Assembly: GCF_044704955.1 (NCBI RefSeq) | Contig: NC_091995.1 | Location: 2,728,001-2,792,000 of the forward strand | Reading direction: 5' to 3' | DNA length: 64,000 bases | Origin: Pristiophorus japonicus | Taxonomy: Eukaryota | Part shown: piece by piece, positions 11,111-21,000 of the stretch | Layout: the number at the start of each line of letters is the position of its first letter | Position numbering within the stretch: the first letter of the stretch is position 1 | The notes under the pieces: generated by a model | What the model was told of the DNA's origin: nothing | What the model saw: only the letters and a program-made list of their open reading frames with translations | The model's database searches: none | Translations under genes and position numbers: made by a program

Positions 11111-12199
11111 TGTGAGCCTTCCCCTTGGCCCAGATTCTCTGCAGTACAAAGGGCGCAACACATTCACCACTTCTGGATATTGTTTCAATTTTGAACTTGG
11201 ATGAGGTTACTTCCCTGAAAAAGAAAACCACTGTAAGTAATCACCGAGGGAGAACCCTCAATAAGCTAATCTTCATGAAACAGGGAACACCCAACTGGTC
11301 TCACCTAGGATTCTTGACCAATTTTGCCCTGCAACGTACAGACTCGCGTTGTTTAATCAAGCCAGATAATTTATTGTGCATCACAAAGATATACAAAGTT
11401 AATATTCAACAAAGGCAATAGATATACAGCGACACTTCAGTCCGACGGTTCCTGCTTCCAAACTCTCTGGGGCACCATCTCCTGTTCTGTTGACCGCAGT
11501 CGATATTCTTCCTCTCGATGTGCCACCGATTTTCTATCGCCTCAAGTTTACCCGGCTCGGGGTGCTGGTGCCTCCCCACATTAGGTCATGTATCGTGTAG
11601 GCCGAAATGATTGTATCATGGACGCATGTTGTTCTTTCCTGATCTCCTCATGTCCCAACATGCAGACCTCGTACGGGTGATTCCTGTTTTCCGATCTTGC
11701 AAGCTACACAAAGTTCAGAATTCGTCTAACTGCCACCCTACGGTTTCTCAACCGTCTATTCGGATCGTCAGTTCTCGCAGACAAGTACAGATGAATTACA
11801 GTGTCTCTGCCATTGTTATTACACAAATGTTAACATTGAAAAACATGTCCCTCAGCAACAGTCATGCCGATTCCACGTCACCACACTTCAGCAGAACCCT
11901 ATTCACTAATGCAAGTGCTTACAGCATATTAGATTAGCCTTCCTATCTTGCATTCTGGTTACGGTTCCGCTTTATCAATACAAGTAACAATACAAAGTCA
12001 GTGTACAAAGCAAGTAATAACACAACGTCAGTAACGCAGAGTTATAGTTAAGACAACATATGTGAATCTATCAAAGCCTACAGTTCCCCACCTCCAGGTT
12101 GAAGTGCTATTCGCACTGATTCCTCGCACAATGTATTGACGTCTCAGCAATAGCTCACACCCTCCCACTTGCAGTCTTTCGATACCATCACCACACGGA

Positions 12200-13040
12200 C
12201 TGCAGCGGTTCAAGAAGGCGGCTCACCACCACCTTCTCAAGGGCAATTAGTGTTGGGCAATAAATGTTGGCCTTGGCAGCGACGTCCACATCGCATGAAC
12301 GAATTAATAAAGAGAGAGATGGACGGTCGGACAGCCAGACAGAGGGACTCCTCATGGATCAAAATAGATGCTTTTTTCTGTGTTTACCATTGCTGCCTCG
12401 TGGTGACGCTGTTGCCTGTTCAGATACAGCAGGCGCTCGGTTCTGCCAGAAATGGTTCGTAATAATGTACAATGAAAATAGTTCTGCCTTAAACCCAGGG
12501 GCCGGGAGAGGCAAACACGCCCAGAGACAGGTATTTTCAGTTTATCCGGATGCAAACAAAGGGACATAGGAATTCCAAGCCGAAAAGGACGGAGGTCCAC
12601 CAAGTTCCCCTGGTACAATCGCGGCAGTCACATAATAGATCAATATTGGGGATGGTGACAAATCATAGCAAACCTGTCTGCGGACTGACAGCGTCAAGAA
12701 TGATTCGGCCCTTTGCCACTTGGAGCCTTGAAATTAAACAGGTAACAGAGATCAACCCAAGCGGCTGTCCACTGATTTGTGACTTATTTAGCTTTCCAAT
12801 TTACTCAGCAAGAGCAGGAGACAGATTGTATAATGTTGCTTCTACATCCGTTTTCATAATGAAGCTGCAATGTAAGCTCCTTTACAATTCTCTTACATTT
12901 TGCTTTCATAACAATCAGATAGCGAGTTAATTGTTGCATTAAAGCAAGGTGCATGACAAGTGCCAGCCGTGGCTCAGTGGGGGGGTACTCTCGCCTTTGT
13001 GTCAGAAGATTGTGGGTTCATATCCCACTCCAGACACTTC
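12200..13040 (+). repeat. Older internal direct repeat Y (partner 15645-16450; copies about 35780-36620, 39205-40020, 62515-63340)
   Basis: Shared blocks gagatggacgg, cagcaggcgctcggttctgccag, tgcggactgacagcgtcaagaat, aacaatcagatagcgagttaattgtt, agccgtggctca in the same order. Confidence 0.85.
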
Positions 13041-13044
13041 AGTA

Positions 13045-14505
13045 TCGCAGCATAGAATCATATAAATTTACAGCACAGAAAGAGGCCATTTGGTCCCATC
13101 GTGTCCGTGCATGCCGAATAAGAACTTTCCAGCTCGTGGTCCGTAGCTTTGTAGCTTACTACACACCCAAGTACTTTTTAAATAGGGTGAGGCTTTCTGC
13201 CTCTTCCATCCTTTCAGGCAGTGAGTTCCAGACCCCAACTCCCTCTGCGTCGAGATATTTCCCCTCATCTACCTCCTTCCAATTACTTTAAATCTATGCC
13301 CCCTGGTTGTTGACCCCTCTGCCAAGGGAAACAATTTCTTCCTTCCCACTCTAGTTCGGCACCACATGATTTCATAAACCTCAATCAGGTCTACACTCAG
13401 CCTCCTCTGTTCCAAAGAAAACAGACCAAGCATCTCCAATCTTTCCTCATAAGTAGAATTCTCCAATCCATGCAGCATTCTTGGAAATCTTCTCTGCACC
13501 CGTTCCAGTGCAATCACATCTTACCTATAATGTGGTGACCGGAACTGCAAACAATATTCCAGCTGCGGCCTAACCAGTATTTGATATATTTTAAGCATAA
13601 AGTCCTTGCTCTTGTATTCCATGCATCACGTATTAAAAGCAAGTATTACACAGGCCTTCTTAACCCCCTTATCTACCTGGCTTGCTTCCTTCAGTGACCT
13701 GTGGAACTGCACTCCAAGGTCCATTCATTCCTCTACTTTTCATTGTCATACAATTTAATATGTACTCTCTTGCCTTGTTAGATCTCCCCAAATACATCAC
13801 CTCACACTTAATCTAATTGTATTCAATTTGACGCTGATCTGCCCACCTGACCAGTTCATTGATATCTTCCTGCTGTCTGCCGCTTTCTTCATTTTCAACC
13901 ACGCAGTGCCATCCCTAAACGTTTTAATCATAACCCCAACATTCAAGTATAATCATTGATATATACCATGGAAAGCAAGGGACCCAGCACTGAGACTTGC
14001 AGAATCCCACTGGATATAGCTTCCTGACTCTGGGCCAATTTTGGTTCCAACTTGCCACTTTGCTTTGGATCCTATGGGTGTTTACTTTCCGTGACCAGCC
14101 TGCCATGTGGGACCTTATCATAAGCTTTGCTAAAATCCATATACACTACATTATATGCACTGCCTCTTCGACTGTCCCAGATACCTCCTCGAAAATTTCA
14201 ATCAAGTTAGTCAGACACGACTTTCCCTTAACAAGTCGATGCTTGGTTAATCCATGTCTTTCCAAATTAAGATTTATTCTGTCCCTGAGGAATATTTCCT
14301 CTAATTTTTCCACCACTGAGATTAGGCTGACTGGCCTGTAATTACTCTGTCTATCACTTTCTCCCTTTTGAAACAAAGGTACACCGTTTGCAGTCCTCCA
14401 GTCCTCTGGCAGCACAGCTGTTGTCAGAGAAAACTGAAAAATGGCAGTCAGACCTTCTGCCTTTTCCACTGTTGCTTCTCTTAACAGCCTGGGATACAGT
14501 TCATG
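13045..14505 (-). mobile_element. CR1 RT/3' fragment following a SINE head at about 12963-13040
   Basis: Minus-strand PEDWRTAN..PLF.KG...[29 protein letters not shown]. Confidence 0.87.
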
Positions 14506-14509
14506 GAAT

Positions 14510-15240
14510 ACTCTCCACCTGCCTGGATCAGTGTCGGTCCAACAACATTCAAGAAGTGAACTAACACAGTAAGTAATCAGGAAGGCGAATGGAATGTTGG
14601 CCTTTATTGCAAGGCGGATAGAGTATAAAAGCACGGATGTCCTGCTACAACTCAACAGGTTATTGGTGAGGCCACATCTGGAATACTGCTTACAGTTTTG
14701 ATCTCTGCATTGAAGGGCCGATATGCTTGCATTATATGCCGTTCAGAGAAGGTTCACTAGACTGATTCCAGAGATGAGGGAGTTGACTTATGAGGATATG
14801 TTGATTAGGTTGGGCCTATACACATTGAAGTTCAGAAGAATGAGAGGTGATATTATTGAAACTTATAAGATAATAAGGGGGCTCGACAAGGTGGATGCAG
14901 AGAGGATATTCCCATTCATAATGGAAACTAAAGCAATGGGATATAGTCTTAGAATAAGGGTCCGGCCACTTAAAACTAAGATGAGGAGAAATTTCTTCTC
15001 TCAGAGGGTCGTGAATCTGTGGAATTATCTGCTCCAGAAAGCTGTGGAAACTGAGTCATTGAATATATTTAAGGTGGGGACCGACAGATCTTTGAGCGAT
15101 AATGGAGTAAAGGGTTATGGGGAGCGGGCAGGGAAGTGGAGCTGAGTCCGTGATCAGATTAGCCATGATCTTATTAAATTGCGGAGCAGGCTCGAGGGGC
15201 GAAATGGCCGACACCTGCTCCTATTTCTTTCGTTCTTTTG
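14510..15240 (+). mobile_element. CR1 3' end
   Basis: VQRRFTRLIP, RRMRGDIIETYKI, RRNFFSQRVVNLWN and 3' tail. Confidence 0.87.
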
Positions 15241-15254
15241 TTCGTAAAGGAATC

Positions 15255-15710
15255 TCAACACCGATCAGGACAAAGCATCTCGCTTGATTGGCATCCCATC
15301 CACCACATTGTACATTCACTCCCTCCATCACCGCTGTATCGTGGCTGCACTGTGTACCATCTACAAGACGCACTGCAGCAACTCGCCAAGGCTTCTTCGG
15401 CAGTACCTCCCAAACCCGAGATATTTACCACCTAGGACAAGGGCAGCAGGTGCATTGTAACTCCATCACCTCCAAGTTCCCCTCCAAGTTACACACCATC
15501 CTGATGTGTAAATAAATCGGGCGTTCCTTCATCGCTGGGTCCAAACCCTGGAACTCCCTCACTAACAGCACTGTGGGAGCACCTTTGAGATGCTCCTTAA
15601 AACCTATCACTTTGAGCAAGCATTTAGTCACCTGTCCAACTATCTCAGCGGTTCAAGAACGTGCTATCCACTACCTTCTCAAGGGGCAATTAGCGATGCC
15701 CGCATCACAT
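15255..15710 (+). mobile_element. LINE 3' tail (same family as 54840-55506); copy about 38820-39275
   Basis: cattcactccctccatcaccgc...tgtgtaccatctacaag...aagttcccctccaag...cagcggttcaagaa is the reverse complement of the 54840-55230 tail. Confidence 0.72.
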
Positions 15711-17540
15711 GAGTGAATTAAAAACAAGAGATGGACGGACGGACGGAGAAGCGTACAGAGGAACTCCTCAAGGTTTAAAAATGTGTTTTTGTTTCCCAAT
15801 TCTGCCACGTGGTGATGCTGTTGTCTGCTCAGTTACAGCAGGCGCTCGGTTCTGCCAGAGATGCCTGCAGCGGTTCCCAGTATTGTACAATGCAAGTAGT
15901 CCTGCCTTAAAACCAGGGACCTGGGGAGGCAAACTCGCTTAGAGACCGGTATAATCAGTTTAGCCCGATGCAAACAAATGGACATAGGAACCACAAGCCG
16001 AAAAGGACTGAGGGCCACCAAAATCCCCTTCTACCTTCGCGGCTGTTGCATAATAGAACAATATTGGAGATGGTGACAAATTATAGCAAACCTGACTGCG
16101 GACTGACAGCGTCAAGAATCATTCGGCCCTTTCCCACTTAGAGCTTTGAAATTAACCAGGTATCCGAGACCAACCCAAGCAGCTGTCTACTGGTTTCTGA
16201 CTTATTTAGGTTTCCATGTGACTCAGGAAAAGCAGGAGACAGGTAGAAAAGTGTTCCTTTTCATATCATTTTTATTAAGATTCTGCAAAACAATCTCCTT
16301 CACAATTCTCTTCCATTTTCCATCAATAACAATCAGATAGCGAGTTAATTGTTTTAAAGCAAAATACTCAACAGTTGTGAGCCGTGGCTCAATGGGCAAC
16401 AATTTCGCCTCTGAGGCAGAAGGTTGTGGGTTCACGTCCCACTCCAGAGACTTGAGCACCGCATCACAGTGCTGCATTGAGAGGGCGATGCACTGTCGGC
16501 GATGCTTTCTTTGGAATTGGCACTGTTTTTTTCTGAAGATCACGATATTACTTGAAACACGATCTAAATACTATGACACATACTTGCGCATTTTTGTTTC
16601 ATCAAATTCCGCACAAAACTAACATCTGGTATCAGCCAGTGGGTGGTCAATATACAACATTATCAGAGCAGAGAAGATCCAGCAACGATCACATGTTGGC
16701 AGGGACAATGGGTGGTCCCCAGGCCAGAGAGGACAGCAATAGCACAGGGGAAAGGGTGAAAGGCAAGTATCGAGTCTATTTTGGGTCTTTGAATCAGTGA
16801 CTGTTCCAGACTCGCTTGCTGCAGCTGGAGCGCAACTCAGGCGTTGCCCGCAAAGCCAGGAATTTCTGGTCAACGGCTCGCCATTCTGCTTCAAGACGGA
16901 AGATTATATTTTCAGATTCCGATCGGCAGCAGCCACATCCCTAACCCCAATCGCTCGCCCTGCCGATCCTGCTCCCCTCATTTCCCCGTTCCACACCAGC
17001 TCCATTCAGCCCGGCTTTACATCCGCCCGGTTTCCGCCTCAAGATGCGCTCCTCCCCCAATTGATATCCTGACTTTGCCCACTCAGAATGACCTCTCCCC
17101 GGATTGGGAACGGGGCCCAGTTTGTGATGTTCCCCAGTGAGTGCTGCACAGATTGCACCAACACCCCACACTCTCTGCTCCTTAATGAAGGCGCTGAGCT
17201 GTTTATATTCAGTGGGTGGACGTTTCCGCTAAAACCGCAGCCAAAGGAAGGTCACAGGGAATAAAGTTAAATGTCGATCCGGGTAATATCTCCAGAGGAA
17301 TGCCAGGCTGTGGGCCCTGGAGGGAGAGACTCTATCCCAGTACAGGTTGGGCGGGGGTGATATGTTGCAGGGTGAGGATGGGAGGGTTATTCAGTGACCC
17401 GGCCCTGCTGGGGTTACAGTCAAACACTGATTACAGACTGAGATACAATTGGAAATGTTCATCACACAAACACACCCGGGGAGTGAATGGAGTCAGAAAC
17501 TGGAATTGGAGGGAAAATGATGGAAACAGACCCATTAATG

Positions 17541-18088
17541 TTAGTGACCTTTAACCCCGCAGATTATCAGCGGTGCGGAGTTTTTCCCGTCATACCATCC
17601 CGGACTGAAGATGGGAAAGATTCTCTCAGTGAAAGTGTGGGTGAAAGTGTGGAGATGGGACATGTTGTCCGCATTGTAAAATGACACCTGTCCGCCCTCA
17701 TAGTCCAGGTACACCCCGATCTTCCGGGGCTTCACAATCGGGGTGAGGGGGGTCTGTGAGGGGGAGGTGCGGGCAAAATAGTCACTTCCGGGATCCAGCC
17801 ACACAATCCAGTATCCAGTCTCTGGGCTCGGGGTGAGTGGCCCTTTCCTCCCGGCAGACTCTCGGGTCACTCCCAGACCCCATTGTGACTTGTTCCCCAC
17901 CTCCACCTCCCAGTAGTGTCTCCCTGATGTGAATCCCTCCGATCCCAGGACAAAGGGCCAGAGATCAAACCTCTCCGGATTGTCAGGGAGCGGCTGCTGT
18001 TTATTCCCGTGTCTCACACGGGTCCGGCCCTCAGACAGGATGAGCCAGGGACTCGCTGTGTTCGGATCCAGAGTCAGAGAGGCTGGAG
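17541..18088 (-). CDS. B30.2 (PRY-SPRY) terminal exon of TRIM copy B
   Basis: Acceptor ttccccccag|CT, phase 1 matching exon 5. Reads [20 protein letters not shown]...YWEVEV...LDYEGG...ICGVKGH*. Confidence 0.94.
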
Positions 18089-21000
18089 CTGGGGGGAAGT
18101 TAAAATAACACAGTCAGTGATTTAAGCCGCGATTTCCGCTGTCTCGGCGGGTCGGTGGCGGGCGATGTCGGTGACAGGTCCCGGACTCGCTGCTGGCTCC
18201 AGCCCGCTGTCTGAAATTACTTCCCTGATTACACCTGTTAAGCCCCGCCCAGCGGGCTTGCCGGCCAATTGCAGGCAGCGGGTCTGATGACGTCTGGAGA
18301 CCTTTGACCCACTGAAACAAATGCTATTTTTCCCACTGATCCCGCGAAAAATTCACCGATAATTTATTGATGTGACAGAATCAAACTCTGAGTGACATTC
18401 CTTCTTCTAATCCTCAGCTTTCTGCATATTATTGAAAAATTACTTTGTCTCAGTATTGATCAGCACGTCTGGCCAGCTGAACATGACAGAGAAAAATAGA
18501 TCAAATAAGATGCAATTATATTTAAGACAGAAAAGACAAGTTAATGATAAACTAATCAAATTCAGAGAGGATGAAACTCAAGGATTGCAAGACGCGCATT
18601 CAAATAAATGCACAAAGATATAGCACTATTTTATATTACAGGTTTTCATTTTATAATAAGGATATAGAGGCATTGTAGGAAGTGCAAAATAGATTTACAA
18701 GGAACGAGTACAAAAAGGTGAGAGGCTATAATTATCAGGAAAGATTGAATCGGCTCTAGAAATGGGAAAACTGAGGGGTGAAATGATAGAGGTCGTTAAT
18801 ATTATGAAAGGGTCTGATAGGGTAGAGGTAGAGAAGACGGTTCCATTTGTGAGGAGACAAAAACTAGACACCATAAAAACATAAAATTAAGTAATAAATC
18901 TAACAGGGGATTCAGGAGAAACCTCTTTATCCAGAGAGAGGTGAGAATGTGGAACTCACTACCATGCGGAGCAGTTCAGGCAAATAGCACAGAAGCATTT
19001 AAGGGGAAGCTAGATTAACACATGAGGGAGGAAGGGACAGAAGGATAGGCTGATATGGGTAGATGAAGAGGGGTGGGAGGAGGCTCGTGTGGAGCATAAA
19101 CACCGGCTTGGACTGAATGGCCTGTTTCTGTGCTGTATATACTTTGTAAAAATAAATCATCAGGCTGGGCCATCAAAGCATTGTTACCGAAACAAAGTGG
19201 CAACATATGGCACCGGGAAGATGGCGGCTGACCTCGAGAGGGAACAGGTTGCGGGGAGGGTGTAGTGGGATGGAACCTCTCAAAGTCGGATTGGTGATAT
19301 GGGATGGGGGCTGGAGTTGTTGATGTCAGTTCATTGGATATATTTAAGAGGGAGTTAGATATGGCGCTTATGACTAAAGCGATCAAGGGGCATTGAGAGA
19401 AAGCAGGAAAGGGGTCTTGAGGTGAAATATCAGCCATGATCTTATTGAAAGGTGGTGCAGGCTCGAAAGGCCGAATGGCCTACTCCTGCACCTATTTTCC
19501 CTGTTTCTATGTTTTTATGTTGAGTTCCCAGCTCTGGTCACCCTGGAGCCATGTCTTCGTGATGCCAATTATATCATACTCGTTAATTGCTGCCTGCGCA
19601 GTTAATTCATTCACCTTATTACAAATACTCCTCACATTGAGGCACAGAGCCTTCAGCCTTGCATTTTTAACACACTTTGCCCATTTAGAATTTTGCCATA
19701 TGTGGCCCTTTTTGATTTTTGCCTTGGGTTTCTCTGCCCTCTACTTTTACTTTTCTTCTTTCTATCTTTTGCTTCTGCCCCCATTCTACTTCCCTCTGTC
19801 TCCCTGCATAGGTTGTCATCCCCCTGCCATATTAGTTTAACACTTCCCCAACAGCACTAGCAAACACTCCCCCAAGGACATTGGGTCTGGTCCTGCCCAG
19901 GTGCAAACTGTCCGGTTTGTACCGGTCCCACCTCCCCCAGAACCGGTTCCAATGTCCCAGGAATTTGAATCCCTCCTTTCTGCACCACTCCTCAAGCCAC
20001 GTATTCATCTTAGCTATCCTGCAATTCCTTCTCTGACTAGCATGTGGCATTGGTAGCAATCCTGAGATTACTACTTTTGAGGTCCTACTTTATAATTTAA
20101 CTCCTAGCTCCCTAAATTCAGCTTGTAGGACCTCATCCCATTTTTTACCTATAACGTTGGTACCTATATCCACCCCGATAACTGGCTGTTCACCCTAACC
20201 CTCCAAAATGTCCAGCAGCTGCTCCAAGACATCCTTGACCCTTGCACCAGGGAGGCATCATACCATCCTGGAGTCTCAATTTTGGCCGTAGAAACGTCTA
20301 TCTATTTCCCTTCCAAAAGAATCCCCTACCACTATAGCTCTTCCACTCTATTTCCTGCCATCCTGTGCAGCAGAGCCACCCACGGTGCCATGAACTTGGC
20401 TGCTGCTGCCCTCACCTGATGATTCATCCCCCCAACAGTCCCCAAAACGGTGTATCTGTTTTGGTGGGGAATGACCACAGGGGGCCCCTGCACTACCTTC
20501 CTTCCACTGCTCTTCCTGCTGATCACCTATTCCCTATCTGGCTGTGTAAACTTTAGGTCCGGTGTGTCGAACTCACTCAACGTGTTATTCACGACATCCT
20601 CAACATCGCGGATGCTCCAGACTGAATCCATGCACAGCTCCAGTGCCGCAATGTGGTCTGTCAGGTGCTGCAGCAGGATATACTTCCTGCACATGTAGTA
20701 TCAGGGACTCTGGAAGCATCCCTGAGTTCCCACATAGCACAGGAGGAGCATGACACGTGTCCGAGCTTTCCTGCCATCACTTAACCCTGAGATTAACTTT
20801 ATTTAATTCGGCAACAATGATAAAGGTTACCTACTGATAAAGGAAAAGAAAAAGAAGAAAAGCTACTCACCAATCACTAGCCAATCACTTACCCCCTTGG
20901 CTGTGACGTCACCCTTCGATTTCTTTCTCCGTCCTTTTTTGCCTTCTCACCCTGCTACAGGTGTACCAGCTGGCTCCTCCTCGACTCCCGCTCCCCGACT

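Noticed and set aside
12963-13040. tRNA genes (also 16379-16450 and 4740-4807)
   Set aside because: These are tRNA-derived SINE heads with no complete cloverleaf.
16271-16276. AATAAA (minus strand) as the poly(A) signal of TRIM B
   Set aside because: It is 1.27 kb past the stop in AT-rich sequence and not conserved in unit 2. It cannot be supported without transcript data.
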